DNA of 62,967 nucleotides from Candidatus Heimdallarchaeota archaeon. Its GTDB lineage: Archaea > Asgardarchaeota > Heimdallarchaeia > Hodarchaeales > Hodarchaeaceae. Shown in pieces: positions 51,123-62,005 of this stretch (position 1 is its first letter; every line of letters starts with the position of its first letter). The stretch spans positions 1 to 62,967 of the forward strand of contig RDOB01000009.1 of assembly GCA_011364965.1 (NCBI GenBank), in the 5' to 3' direction. Position numbers and translations under genes: made by a program. The notes under the pieces were generated by a model that was given only the letters and a program-made list of their open reading frames with translations, searched no databases and was not told the origin of the DNA.

Positions 51123-52292
51123 TTATGAAATTGGACCGAGCTTTTCATTGATAAAGATAGTCAGCTCGGCCTTTTTTTGTTTAATTTGATTTTCTACCGC
51201 AGAATCGAGGTTCTGAAAGAGACTCATCACGACTTTATATTCGTTCTTTTGTAGGGATTCAATCTCCCAGCGGCCCACAATTCTTCCATCCACCCAAATC
51301 GATGGCCTGATCTCTCCCATAGCCCTAATACCCTTTGTAATGATATTTAGAGGTTTATCTGGCCAATATATTTTTGCATTTCGAGGAAAGAGCTTTTGTA
51401 CGTCTTCCTGTCTAATAAACCAATCTCGATTTTTATATGCTTTAGGAAAGTGATCTTCATATGGCAGGAAAAAAATAATGGGAGGATTTGCTGTCGAAAG
51501 GTTTTGTGCTTCAGTGTAATCATTTTTCTCCATAAAATGAACTAAACCAGCGATCTTGATTCTTGTTAACTCATCTTTGAGCTCTTTCAAACAGTCCCGA
51601 ATCGGTGTTTTGGCTAAACTTAGCCACCAAACTATGTCCTCTTCACTCACGGGTCCATAGATCGCTATATAATGACGAATTAATTGTATGAGTGCTTCCT
51701 CAGTGGATACTTGATTGATTTTCACATCTGGTACCCAATTCTCTAGTGCAGTATAAGTAGTTAAGTTACTACGGGCGTGTGATGCGGTTGCTCGCACAAT
51801 TTTCCCTTTTGCCATTCCTGCAAGAAGTAGAAAGCGAAATGTATCAGAAAAATCGGGGAGAAGTTTTTTAATTTCATTTGTTCGTTTTGGTGAGTCCTTA
51901 ATTACCTCGCATATCTGATCAAGCTTCTTCTCTAGTTCCTTACTAGAAATATCTATGATCCCAGGTGCTTTTTTAATTGAGTTGAGAAGAATAGGACCAG
52001 TGATCCTTAAAATGATAGCAAGATTATCCGAATGGACTACGTGTAGAGTTCGCCTAAATGCATTAATCCGTACGATTTTATTTCCCGAATTTATTGATTT
52101 AAATAATTCAGCTGGATTGTAATCCCCAATTCTAGCAAAAATTGAAAGATACGGAGTCCAATAATCTGCGGAATGGTACCCTATGTGTTGCTTTATGAGA
52201 TTTTCAAAAGAAGTCTCTTCACTGTTCCAAAGGGATTGCTTTCTTAATTGATTCAATCTGAGCTTCTGAATTAAATCAGTAGACATCCTCAA
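51123..52292 (-). CDS. AlkZ/YcaQ (HTH_42) family crosslink DNA glycosylase-like protein
   Basis: HSAD..PYLS..AR, RRTLH, YGP....WW, LPYED, DGRIVGRW motifs. Confidence 0.82.
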   Translation of the reverse strand: MRMSTDLIQKLRLNQLRKQSLWNSEETSFENLIKQHIGYHSADYWTPYLSIFARIGDYNPAELFKSINSGNKIVRINAFRRTLHVVHSDNLAIILRITGPILLNSIKKAPGIIDISSKELEKKLDQICEVIKDSPKRTNEIKKLLPDFSDTFRFLLLAGMAKGKIVRATASHARSNLTTYTALENWVPDVKINQVSTEEALIQLIRHYIAIYGPVSEEDIVWWLSLAKTPIRDCLKELKDELTRIKIAGLVHFMEKNDYTEAQNLSTANPPIIFFLPYEDHFPKAYKNRDWFIRQEDVQKLFPRNAKIYWPDKPLNIITKGIRAMGEIRPSIWVDGRIVGRWEIESLQKNEYKVVMSLFQNLDSAVENQIKQKKAELTIFINEKLGPIS

Positions 52293-52409
52293 CTCTCTCT
52301 TTTTACAAACTCGAAGATATATGTATAAGATTTCGCATTCAATTCAAGTGGAATCCTTGCAGAAAAAAGAATCTTCCCTCCCACTTTTGAAGAGTACAGA
52401 TGTTTTCAA

Positions 52410-53300
52410 CTAATAGGACATTCTTTGAAGTCGTGCGATTCTTTCTTGGATCGGTGGGTGTGTTGAAAATAGTCCGGCAAGTGTATTTGCAGATAAAGGA
52501 TTCGAGATATACAGATGACTAAGGCTCGGATTAGGATTTGATGTGCGGGAAAGATATCTTGCTGAACTTCGCGAATAAGTCTCCAATTTATCTAACGCTC
52601 GGGCTAATCCAATAGGATTTCCTGTTATTTCTGCTGCCGATTTATCTGCAGCATATTCACGGCTTCTAGATATAGCAAGCTGCACGAGAATTGCAGCAAT
52701 TGGGGCAACAATCCAAGTAACAAGCAAGGCAAGTGGATTAACATTATCTCTGTCAGTGTAGCTAAAGAAGAAAGCCATTCGCGAAATAAACATGATAGCA
52801 GAAGCAAAAAGGGCTGCTACTGTCTGAGTCAGTGTATCCCAGTGTTTTATGTGACTCAACTCATGAGCTAAAACTCCATCAAGTTCTTCTGAATTCATGA
52901 TTTGAAGTAATCCAGTATGTACTGCAATAACAGCTTTCCCTGGCGATCTTCCAGTTGCAAATGCATTAGGAGTAGGATTATTTACAATAGCTATGCGAGG
53001 TTTGGGTATTCCAGCCCTATTTGCTAAGTGGGTTATCCTCATATGGAGCTCAGGAGCTTGATCTTCACTTAATATTTGAGCACGGGTCATAGCCAGTACT
53101 AAAGAATCTGAGAACCAGTAAGAACCTATTACAAATAAACCCGACAGAATTAGAAATAAATAGGGAGGAACATTGAATATAATAGACAAAACGTAGAATA
53201 TCCCAATTAGAATTGTAAACAATAGGCCTGTTTTGAATAGATTACCAAGATCCATAGTTAACATTATCTCCTGTGTATTTTCTGAAGAATCGATTCTCAT
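52410..53300 (-). CDS. htpX: Zinc metalloprotease HtpX (M48)
   Basis: PNAFATG, HELSH, SRSREY.AD, FSTHPP motifs. Confidence 0.93.
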   Translation of the reverse strand: MRIDSSENTQEIMLTMDLGNLFKTGLLFTILIGIFYVLSIIFNVPPYLFLILSGLFVIGSYWFSDSLVLAMTRAQILSEDQAPELHMRITHLANRAGIPKPRIAIVNNPTPNAFATGRSPGKAVIAVHTGLLQIMNSEELDGVLAHELSHIKHWDTLTQTVAALFASAIMFISRMAFFFSYTDRDNVNPLALLVTWIVAPIAAILVQLAISRSREYAADKSAAEITGNPIGLARALDKLETYSRSSARYLSRTSNPNPSLSHLYISNPLSANTLAGLFSTHPPIQERIARLQRMSY

Positions 53301-53371
53301 ATGCTTTTATATTGACTAGGTTGGGTGTAATATATCAAAAAAGCACTTGAAGATTCTTTGCCACTGTATAT

Positions 53372-54862
53372 TTATTCGTTATGTTTTTGACTTTCTCGAA
53401 CTCCTGTTGCCCTACGAGTCTGAGTTTTTTGTTTATACTGATAGAATAGCTCTGATAACTTCTGAATTTGGGTTAAAATAGCTTTGATATCAATTTTAGT
53501 AAATTTATAGTCATCAATTAAAAGTTCTCCATTAGAAAGTAAGTATTGAACCTCATTACCATTCGCAGCCCAAATGAGATTTTCTACAACGTTATCGAGG
53601 CGAGTAGGGGTCAAATTGGGCTTTGAGAGATCAATAACAACAATATCTGCATATTTCCCTGGAGTTAATGACCCCACATTAAAACCTAAAATTTGTGCTG
53701 GTACAATCGTAATTCTTTCCAATACTTCTTGAGCCGTCATAACTGTAGCATCTTGATGTAGCGCTTTTTGATATTGAGCAGCTACTCTTGCAGCATTTAT
53801 TATATTTTGGTTATCTGCACTACCTGATCCATCGGTAGATATTGCAAATTCTATTCCTAATTCTTTAAATTTTAAAAGAGGAGGCATACCTGATCCAAGG
53901 ATAGTATTCGCTAGAGGATTATGAATCACTTTTGTTCTGGTTCTTGCAAGTATTTCTAGATCTTTCTCTGTACTATTCACCTGATGTCCAACAAAAGTGT
54001 TTTCATCTAAGAAACCGATTGATTGTCCGTATTCAATTGGAGTCATACCATATTCATTAGTAAACCAATCAGTCGTTGCCTTCTCTTCACTCGAATGAAT
54101 ATGAATGAGCATTTGATGGGCATTAGCCCAGTGTTTTAGATGTCTTAACAGTGCTGGACCATTTGAAAAAAATTGATCTGGGCCGGGAATTATTTTTACC
54201 ATTTCTTCTTCTTTATATTTCTCATGAAGACGATTTAAACGATCTACAGCAACTGCAGGAGGGATATCAAGAATCCGAGGATCATAGTGTCGATCTTGTG
54301 ATCCCACTGCAATCATAATTTTTGTACCTGCAGTTCTATTTGCTTCTACTAGTTCATCGACATGATATTTATTGAAATTACAATGATGAACTAATGCAGT
54401 GGTTATCCCATGCTGCAAATCATCTAGTCGAGCTTTTAGATATGTCAAGTAGTATGGAGACACTCCAAATTCCTTTGTAAGCTCTTCCTCTTGCTCATGC
54501 AAGAAACCTGTAAATAAATTAACAGCTGAATCAAGCCAAGTGGTTAAGGGAACATCTTTTGCAATACCAATTATCGGGCTTTCATGATCATGACCATGAC
54601 CTTTTACAAATCCAGGTAAAGCTACTCCATTTATTTGAGGAACGTCTGAAGCTATCTTAACTTCTGTATTAGAAGCCCCTACAATTTCTAACTTAGACCC
54701 TATTGTGTCCAGGAGAGCTTGAACATTCTTAGAATTAAATTCTCCAACCTCTTTAATAGATTTATCTTCTATAAGTATATAACCGTCGCTAATCCTTGTA
54801 TTACGTTCTATTTCATCAGAAAGAGGTACCATGACACGTGTTCGAAGTAATTTATATTTCAT
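53372..54862 (-). CDS. Metal-dependent amidohydrolase (SsnA/MtaD/guanine deaminase-like)
   Basis: PGFVKGHGH, HIHSSE, GHQV, STDG, G..ADIVVID motifs. Confidence 0.85.
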   Translation of the reverse strand: MKYKLLRTRVMVPLSDEIERNTRISDGYILIEDKSIKEVGEFNSKNVQALLDTIGSKLEIVGASNTEVKIASDVPQINGVALPGFVKGHGHDHESPIIGIAKDVPLTTWLDSAVNLFTGFLHEQEEELTKEFGVSPYYLTYLKARLDDLQHGITTALVHHCNFNKYHVDELVEANRTAGTKIMIAVGSQDRHYDPRILDIPPAVAVDRLNRLHEKYKEEEMVKIIPGPDQFFSNGPALLRHLKHWANAHQMLIHIHSSEEKATTDWFTNEYGMTPIEYGQSIGFLDENTFVGHQVNSTEKDLEILARTRTKVIHNPLANTILGSGMPPLLKFKELGIEFAISTDGSGSADNQNIINAARVAAQYQKALHQDATVMTAQEVLERITIVPAQILGFNVGSLTPGKYADIVVIDLSKPNLTPTRLDNVVENLIWAANGNEVQYLLSNGELLIDDYKFTKIDIKAILTQIQKLSELFYQYKQKTQTRRATGVRESQKHNE

Positions 54863-55029
54863 AATCTGCTTCCTACCTGTATTGTCAGTAAGATGAATTT
54901 ATCAATATTTTTATTTTTCAAACCTCTTTAAAGAAGTAACCTTGAAAAACTTGAAGCTACTTTTTCATCACTTGATATCGGATAATTCAATTAAGAAAAA
55001 ATTCCTGTTTATTTCAAGGTGAGTTCATA

Positions 55030-56403
55030 TTGGATCTCATTATTAAGAACGGTTCTCTCGTTGATTCTGTTGGGGTTTATCGAGCAAATCTGGCTATCAA
55101 TAAGGGGAAAATTGAAGCTATTTATTCCAATCCTGATAGATTTTCTGCAGAGAAAACCATTGATGCTGAAGGAAAATATATTTTTCCAGGGGTTGTAGAT
55201 AGTCATGTTCACTTTCAGCTCCAAGATCTGGGAAAAGAGATCTCAACTGATAGCTTCGCCTCAGGAACCCAAGCTGCTGCATTCGGTGGTTGTACCACCA
55301 TCATTGACTTTGCAGATCAAACTCGAGGAGCATCCCCTCTTAAGGGGTTTCTAGAACGGCAAAAAGTTGCGAATTCACAGGTCGCTATAGATTATGGACT
55401 TCATGTATCAAAGACAGATTTAGAGTTCTTAGATGAAATAATTGCATTAATAAATGAAGGAGTTTCTAGTTTCAAGTTTTTTACTACCTACAGCTGGAGA
55501 AACTTAGATTTACACGATTCTGAATTAATTAAATTCTTCTCTGTTATTAGAAAAAATCGTGCTCTGGCCATGGGGCACCTAGAAAATGATTCTATTGTTC
55601 AACAGGGAATTCAACAAATGATCGATGAAGGAAAATTAGATCCAATTCATCACGCAGAATCGCGTCCCCATATTGCAGAGGAAGAAGCGATCCAAAAAGC
55701 ACTATTATTTGTACAAAAAACCAAAGCTAAGTTGCATATCGCACATATAACAACAAAAGAGGGCAGTGATTTATTAAGAACTGCAAAGCAGCAAGATATG
55801 CGAGTTACAGGAGAAACTTGCCCCCATTATCTCCTACTCAACGAAAAAGCGTACATGGCTGAAGATGGATACCTTAACTTAATGTCCCCTCCCTTACGGT
55901 ATGCAAAAGATCAACAGGCCTTAGTTAATCGTATAAAAGATGGAACTATAGATTTAATTGTCACAGATCATTGTGAATTTTCGAGAAAAAGTAAAGGAAA
56001 CGGAAATCTCCCATTCTATAAAGTTTTAAATGGTATACCTGGTATAGAAACGTCTCTCCCTCTCATGTACGATCTTCTTATCAATAAATACAAAATGGAT
56101 ATTACAAAATTAATAACGCTGATGTCTACTAATCCTGCTAAGTTATTTGGATTATATCCCCAAAAGGGGAGCCTACAGGTTAATACTGACGCTGATTTAG
56201 TGATTTTTGATCCCTCCATCGAAAAAACTATTAGACCTGAGATTCTTCATCATAATATTGATTGGAATCCTTATTCTGGAATGAAAGTAAAAGGTTGGCC
56301 AATTGCAACCATTTTAAGAGGACAAATTCTATGTGAAAACGGAGAATTTATCGGGCCAAAGAAAGCTGGTAAGTTCTTAGCACGTCAGCTCACCTATCAA
56401 TAG
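55030..56403 (+). CDS. hydA: Dihydropyrimidinase/hydantoinase
   Basis: DSHVH, SFK, HLEN, ETCPHYL, SPPLR, TDHC motifs. Confidence 0.9.
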   Translation: MDLIIKNGSLVDSVGVYRANLAINKGKIEAIYSNPDRFSAEKTIDAEGKYIFPGVVDSHVHFQLQDLGKEISTDSFASGTQAAAFGGCTTIIDFADQTRGASPLKGFLERQKVANSQVAIDYGLHVSKTDLEFLDEIIALINEGVSSFKFFTTYSWRNLDLHDSELIKFFSVIRKNRALAMGHLENDSIVQQGIQQMIDEGKLDPIHHAESRPHIAEEEAIQKALLFVQKTKAKLHIAHITTKEGSDLLRTAKQQDMRVTGETCPHYLLLNEKAYMAEDGYLNLMSPPLRYAKDQQALVNRIKDGTIDLIVTDHCEFSRKSKGNGNLPFYKVLNGIPGIETSLPLMYDLLINKYKMDITKLITLMSTNPAKLFGLYPQKGSLQVNTDADLVIFDPSIEKTIRPEILHHNIDWNPYSGMKVKGWPIATILRGQILCENGEFIGPKKAGKFLARQLTYQ

Positions 56404-56416
56404 CTGGTATCTTATA

Positions 56417-56587
56417 ATGAGTAAAATTAGTAAACCCTATACTGAACGAAAAGATCTGAGAACATGCCCAAAATGTAAAATGACTTTTGCTATATCCTAT
56501 GCCCGTACTTTTGGGTGTAAAGGATGTGAACAAAGTTATTTAACGTGTGGCCATGTGAAATGTCCTTATTGTTATCATGAATGGTAA
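56417..56587 (+). CDS. 56-aa Cys-rich zinc-finger protein (below the ORF-track cutoff)
   Basis: MSKISKPYTERKDLRTCPKCKMTFAISYARTFGCKGCEQSYLTCGHVKCPYCYHEW; starts 13 nt after hydA. Confidence 0.8.
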   Translation: MSKISKPYTERKDLRTCPKCKMTFAISYARTFGCKGCEQSYLTCGHVKCPYCYHEW

Positions 56588-56713
56588 ATTTTCTCTCTGA
56601 AGCAAAGAATTTTCGATCGAATACTGAAGTCGTAATCGTTGGAAGAACTACTTTTTTGTTAGATTTTGTATATCAGGGGGAATCCACCAAAGATAAAAAT
56701 TTTGGAAAAGATA

Positions 56714-57565
56714 TCATCCTCCAAGGGGCTTAATATTTGGCTCGGAACGAATCCATTCATAATGGACTGCCCCCCTATGTCTTGTTTGAACCCGGTATTC
56801 TGAAAGCTCGTGGTTAAATTCCTCTACTTTAAGAATCACATAATTGCGAGTATGTTTACCAATGTTTCCTAAAGCTGCATCTATCACGATCCATCCTATA
56901 TGTGGAGAATAAATTTCACCCCACGCATGTGATTCAACCTTTTCCCCTTGTTTTTGAATAAAATAACCAGTTAAACGGCGAGAAGGGATTCCTTTGAGGC
57001 GTGCTAATGTAATGAAGACATCAGTGAATTCATCACAATCTCCATATCCAAGCAATAAAGCTTTGACGGCACCAAACCTTTCTTTTTGATTTTCCCTGAA
57101 TTTTATTTCTTTTGTAATGTATTCAAGAGCGTTAATCGTCCAGTGATATAAATCATCAGTCTTAAACCAAGGATTTTCTTGAATCTTTGCAAAAATTGTT
57201 GCATCTAAAGGCCAGTACATCGAGGGAACCTGATACTTCTGTCTCAAAGAAAGAGATATTTCAGAACAATTTCCCCATCCGATTTGAGGTTTGATGGCTT
57301 GTGGAATGGGGAAGACTCTTATAATCCGTTCAAATTGAAGAATTCCTTTAGTATGAATTTTTCCTTGGAACGTATAAAAAGTATTGAGTCCCTTTAATTG
57401 AACCTTACAACGTGTAGGAGGAAGTAAAATCTCGACATTTTGCCGATAAGGTGGATAATGATAAAATTTAACTCTAATAAAAGGGGATCCTGAATTCACG
57501 CGATATTTTAATTGTTCTTGGTGGTGAATTTGCCATCCTAGAGGCAACAATCTCTCCGAATTCAT
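56714..57565 (-). CDS. Transglutaminase-like domain protein
   Basis: GDCDEF, HAWGE, W..ID Cys-His-Asp triad. Confidence 0.88.
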   Translation of the reverse strand: MNSERLLPLGWQIHHQEQLKYRVNSGSPFIRVKFYHYPPYRQNVEILLPPTRCKVQLKGLNTFYTFQGKIHTKGILQFERIIRVFPIPQAIKPQIGWGNCSEISLSLRQKYQVPSMYWPLDATIFAKIQENPWFKTDDLYHWTINALEYITKEIKFRENQKERFGAVKALLLGYGDCDEFTDVFITLARLKGIPSRRLTGYFIQKQGEKVESHAWGEIYSPHIGWIVIDAALGNIGKHTRNYVILKVEEFNHELSEYRVQTRHRGAVHYEWIRSEPNIKPLGG

Positions 57566-57591
57566 CAGTCATCAAATTCCTTTAGTCACTC

Positions 57592-58899
57592 TTGCCACAA
57601 GAAGAAATGTTATTATTCTTGGGGATATCAATTTCCAATGCCTTATTTGTGATTGAGTTGATTAGAGAAAGATATGACGCTAAAACTGTTATTAGGAATA
57701 GTGTTCCGTCTATTTTTTCTTGGTCTGAAGTTTATTTGAATCCATACCAAGGTTGTTTCCATGATTGTACATATTGCGATGGTAAATCAGAACATTATCA
57801 TATGCACGAAGATTTTGGCACCAGAATTCGAATTAAGCAAAATTCACCTCAATTACTTGAACGATTTTTTAGAAAACAAGGTTTAAGACCTGTAAATCGC
57901 GAGGAGAAGACTCTGCTCCATCATTTGGGAGTAAATGAGATCCAACAAGAGAAAACCATCGCAAAATTCATTCTTTTCATCGGAGGGGGAGTCTGTGACG
58001 TCTATCAACCTATTGAGGAGGAGGAACAACTTACACGAAAACTTGTTGAACTTGCTTATGAATACAACGTACCTGTTCACATTTTAACTAAAAATCATCT
58101 TGTTCTAAGAGATTTAGATTTATTTAAAACTATAAATGAATCTTCATATGCTTCTATCAATTTTACTATCACTTTAAACGATGATAAAATTCAAAAAATT
58201 ATTGAACCTAACGCTAGTACCTCAGCAGAAAGATTTAGCGCCATCAAGAGTATAAGAAAGGAGGGAATACATTCTGGAGTGTATTTTTATCCTGTGCTTC
58301 CTTTTCTTGGAGATTCAGATAACAATTACCTTGAAATATTCTCTAATGCAAAAAAAGTTGGAGCGGAATTCGTATATTGTTGGGGATTAACCCTCAAGCC
58401 TGGAAGAAGTAAAAACGAATTTCTCAAAACGGTTAGGACCCAATTTCCTTCCTATCTCCCTAAATATGCAAAATTATATGGAAATAACAACAAATATGGT
58501 ATACTTGACTATAAGCAGTTAAAGCCTTTAAAAGTAACCTTACCAGAAGTTAAAGGGTTTCAATATAATTATGAATTTAAAATACCCTATACTGCTAAGC
58601 GTTATATTCCTCCAGGACGAATACAATCAAATTTAGCGTTATCTGAAATTTTAATGCGAGCGCATCATCTAAAAGTTAATGTCCTTAAAGAAAAAAGCAA
58701 GGAGGGAGGGAAATTGTACAAAGCTGCATTGATTTTAGAAAAATGTCCCGAAGATGTTTTAAGAATGAATAAAAATCATTATAAAATGCTTTTTATTCCA
58801 CATGAAGCGGAGGAATATATAATTGATTACTTCGTGAGTGGAAAGAACACGAAATTGAAAGAATTGGAAAGGGAAGTATATCAAAGAATAATGTCATAA
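57592..58899 (+). CDS. Spore photoproduct lyase-like radical SAM protein
   Basis: NPYQGCFHDCTYC, DVYQPIE, ILTK motifs. True start is likely a little downstream. Confidence 0.85.
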   Translation: MPQEEMLLFLGISISNALFVIELIRERYDAKTVIRNSVPSIFSWSEVYLNPYQGCFHDCTYCDGKSEHYHMHEDFGTRIRIKQNSPQLLERFFRKQGLRPVNREEKTLLHHLGVNEIQQEKTIAKFILFIGGGVCDVYQPIEEEEQLTRKLVELAYEYNVPVHILTKNHLVLRDLDLFKTINESSYASINFTITLNDDKIQKIIEPNASTSAERFSAIKSIRKEGIHSGVYFYPVLPFLGDSDNNYLEIFSNAKKVGAEFVYCWGLTLKPGRSKNEFLKTVRTQFPSYLPKYAKLYGNNNKYGILDYKQLKPLKVTLPEVKGFQYNYEFKIPYTAKRYIPPGRIQSNLALSEILMRAHHLKVNVLKEKSKEGGKLYKAALILEKCPEDVLRMNKNHYKMLFIPHEAEEYIIDYFVSGKNTKLKELEREVYQRIMS

Positions 58900-59012
58900 G
58901 TAAACTAATTTAAAACTACACAACAAATTATTTTTGAGAGCTATAATTTATCGTTTGTATAGCCTGCAATTTGGTCATCTCAAAGATCTTTCCAAGCATT
59001 TGAGGTATAAAA

Positions 59013-59960
59013 ATGCCATTTTTCAGAAAGAAGAAGAAAAAAGTTCTCCCAAAACCTCCTAGTTTAGGAATAGATGCTAGTTCTTCTATCCAAGGCCCTA
59101 CAACACAATCTGGGTTTATAAAACCTCCAGAACCAAAAGAATATCGAGAAGTAAAAGAAACGATTACTCCTCCTCCATTTCACACCTATTCAAAACCCTT
59201 AGGAGAGATTCAAGGGCCTCCTAGAGAACAAACACCTAAATTTCAAGAGCCTCATACTGAGCAAACTTCTCAGACTCAAGGATCTCCACAAGATATCGGT
59301 CAAATATTCCAAGAAGAGCTAAATAAATATAGTGGACCTCCTAAAGCTGCTGAATTGCAAAAAGGTTCCCATTCTGGTCCATTAAATCTTCCCGCTCCTC
59401 CTCCATTAGGAGAACAGGGAGCACTTACACCTCCTGGAACAGCTGGTTCTCTTAGTAATGCCCCAACACCTATATTCGGAAGTGAGGAAGCATCTGAAGA
59501 TATTCTTAGTGAATTGAAGAGCAAGAGCTTTGGATCAGGTCTTGCAAAAGCGCCAGAGCATAGATTTGAGAGAAAATCAGTAGATGAGCTCACTCATCGC
59601 CATTTCCAAGAAACAAGACAAAGCTATATTGACGCAGGAAATAAACATTTGGAGCTCAATTTCTATGATAACGCGGCAATTAATTTCGCTTGCGCGATTT
59701 TTTGTGATCTAATATCTGGTGGAATTGAGGCAGCTCGTCGCTCAATAAATGATTTAAGTTCAGGGATGCCCTCGGGTGTTATAGAGAATACTATTTATGA
59801 TAGTGTCCGCCTAGTTATAGAAGCCACGAGAACCAGAAATTTTACATTTCTAAATCGAGCTGAACGAATCCTTCAAAATAATTTAGGGAAATTATATCCC
59901 GAGGATGCAGCTATAATCGAACGAGGATTAGCAGTAGCAAAATCCCATTTTGGGATGTAG
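59013..59960 (+). CDS. Protein with a polybasic N-terminus, Pro-rich disordered linker and helical-repeat C-terminus
   Basis: MPFFRKKKKK, then ~160 aa rich in P/Q/S/G, then TPR/SNAP-like helices. Confidence 0.75.
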   Translation: MPFFRKKKKKVLPKPPSLGIDASSSIQGPTTQSGFIKPPEPKEYREVKETITPPPFHTYSKPLGEIQGPPREQTPKFQEPHTEQTSQTQGSPQDIGQIFQEELNKYSGPPKAAELQKGSHSGPLNLPAPPPLGEQGALTPPGTAGSLSNAPTPIFGSEEASEDILSELKSKSFGSGLAKAPEHRFERKSVDELTHRHFQETRQSYIDAGNKHLELNFYDNAAINFACAIFCDLISGGIEAARRSINDLSSGMPSGVIENTIYDSVRLVIEATRTRNFTFLNRAERILQNNLGKLYPEDAAIIERGLAVAKSHFGM

Positions 59961-59971
59961 GAATAAATCTA

Positions 59972-60883
59972 TCATTTATCGAGAAAGAATATCCCTTCTG
60001 CAGTTTTTCGAACTTTCCCACTTACATGAACCTCATAATCAGCATTTTTCCTTTTTTGAACATAGGTGAGTAGTTGACTAGGCCGGTTCATTTCATAACC
60101 CTGTTCTATCACTACTGGAGTATCCAAACTTACTTTTCCAATGTTATATTTGAGCAGATAGACGCCTAAGGGACCTGCAGCACTCCCTGTAGCTGGATCT
60201 TCAGGGACACCAGCAGAGGGAGCGAACATTCGAACATGAACAGTACTTTCAGGATGAACGGTTTCATTGGAAAATATCAGAAGTTCCTGAGAAGGCATAG
60301 ATTTTAGGTTTTCTAAGAGCATTCGTACATTTGGTGATGCGTTTTGGACAGCAGCTAAAGATTTAAGGTGAATAATTAAAAAAGGAAATCCAGTCGAGAC
60401 AAATTCGGGTATATAATCGTTAGAAAAATCTTGCCTCTTTAAGTTTAGAATACTTGCTAATAAATCCACATCTGGAAATTCTTCTAGGAATTGTGCTCTA
60501 GGTTGTTTCATGGAAATGTACTCGGAAGTGAATTGAATATCTATGGGCCCAATACCAAGCTCCATCGTGGTTTGATTAGTTTTCATGGAAATTATCTCTT
60601 TTTCTTTGAGAACAAATGCTGTTCCTAATGTAGGATGACCTGCAAAAGGAATTTCTCTACCAGGAGTAAAAATCCGCACTTTAGAAGAACAATTACCTAT
60701 CATTGAGGGAAAGAGAAAGGTACTTTCGGAAAAATTCATCTCCCGAGTGATTCCTTGCATTTCCTCCATAGATAATTTCTTATTTTCTTGTGAATCCCAG
60801 AATGTTGCTAATTGGTTTCCGGAAAAATTGTATCGATCATCTATAAAGACGGAAGTCTGAACAAAGGGGATTTTGATTCTCAT
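59972..60883 (-). CDS. PhzF family epimerase
   Basis: GNQL, SES, EIPFAGHPT, EDPATGSA, EQG motifs. Confidence 0.93.
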   Translation of the reverse strand: MRIKIPFVQTSVFIDDRYNFSGNQLATFWDSQENKKLSMEEMQGITREMNFSESTFLFPSMIGNCSSKVRIFTPGREIPFAGHPTLGTAFVLKEKEIISMKTNQTTMELGIGPIDIQFTSEYISMKQPRAQFLEEFPDVDLLASILNLKRQDFSNDYIPEFVSTGFPFLIIHLKSLAAVQNASPNVRMLLENLKSMPSQELLIFSNETVHPESTVHVRMFAPSAGVPEDPATGSAAGPLGVYLLKYNIGKVSLDTPVVIEQGYEMNRPSQLLTYVQKRKNADYEVHVSGKVRKTAEGIFFLDK

Positions 60884-60933
60884 TAAATCACCATATAAAG
60901 GATTAAAAAATAAGGAAAAAGAAAAAAAGAGAA

Positions 60934-61986
60934 TTAATAAAGTCTAGACATTGTTAACGCCATGATAGCCTTCTGAACATGTAAACGATTCTCAGCAACA
61001 TCGTAGATACATGATCTAGATCCACTAGCAACTTCATCTGTCACCTCATGACCACGATCAATGGGCATAGGGTGAGTAAAGATCGCATTATCAGATAACG
61101 CCATCTTTTGTCCATCACAGATCCATTCTGGATATTTCAGTGCTTTTTCAACCTCATTAGTTTTTAGGAATTCGCCATCCTGATATGCTTCTGGACTCAT
61201 CCAATGTCTACTGTAAACAACGTGAGCTCCTTCATAACCTTTGGTGACATGGTTTGTAGTATCAAAGTGTCTGTTATTCTTATTACAGTTTTGCTCGGTC
61301 CACTTCAATACTTCAGGATCTAAATCAAAACCCTCAGGATTTGCAACGGTCACATCCATTCCATAGCGAGAACCAATTAACATGGCTTCTTGTACGGAAC
61401 ACCAAGAACGAGCTAAAGCGCCATGACCCCAAGTAACGAGGAGTTTTTTCCCTTTCAAATTCCGCCAATCTGGAGGAAATTGAGGCCCCTTAGTATACCA
61501 TTCTGACCATCCCAAGATATCAGAAAGACCCTGACAGGGATGATACTTATCATGGGCCATAGAAATGATAGGAATGGACGACCATTTTGCATACTCGCGT
61601 AAAAGATCTTCTCCTTGTCCATATGCTCCTACTTTATCTTCAAGAATTCTAATTCCAAGCCCATGAGCATATCTAGACATCACTTGAGCCGCATCTTCAA
61701 CAGTTTCTCCAGCTGTTTTTTCAGTTTTTAAACGCATAGCTTTAGGCTCTAAAAATTGAGCATGACCACCCAGTTCAGTCGCAGCGACTTCAAAACTTTG
61801 TCTTGTTCTTACACTCGGGTTATAGAAGAACATAAAGAATGTCTTATATTCTAAAAGACTTGTATATTCAGGTGCAAATCGATCTCTTTTCATTCGACCT
61901 GCTAAATCTAAAACTAGGTCTAATTCGTGTTTACTCCAATCTTGAGTACAAATTAAATCTCTTCCATATAAATCTGAAAATTCCAT
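60934..61986 (-). CDS. Carbamoyltransferase of the AOTCase/YgeW-like branch, substrate uncertain
   Basis: NPSVRTR, HPCQ, HPMP, AENRLH motifs; lacks the OTCase GDxxN and SMG motifs. Confidence 0.85.
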   Translation of the reverse strand: MEFSDLYGRDLICTQDWSKHELDLVLDLAGRMKRDRFAPEYTSLLEYKTFFMFFYNPSVRTRQSFEVAATELGGHAQFLEPKAMRLKTEKTAGETVEDAAQVMSRYAHGLGIRILEDKVGAYGQGEDLLREYAKWSSIPIISMAHDKYHPCQGLSDILGWSEWYTKGPQFPPDWRNLKGKKLLVTWGHGALARSWCSVQEAMLIGSRYGMDVTVANPEGFDLDPEVLKWTEQNCNKNNRHFDTTNHVTKGYEGAHVVYSRHWMSPEAYQDGEFLKTNEVEKALKYPEWICDGQKMALSDNAIFTHPMPIDRGHEVTDEVASGSRSCIYDVAENRLHVQKAIMALTMSRLY

Positions 61987-62005
61987 ATTACATTACCTCT
62001 TTTTA

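Noticed and set aside
60934-61986. Calling this gene argF/arcB
   Set aside because: The ornithine-binding motifs are absent, so the symbol is withheld.
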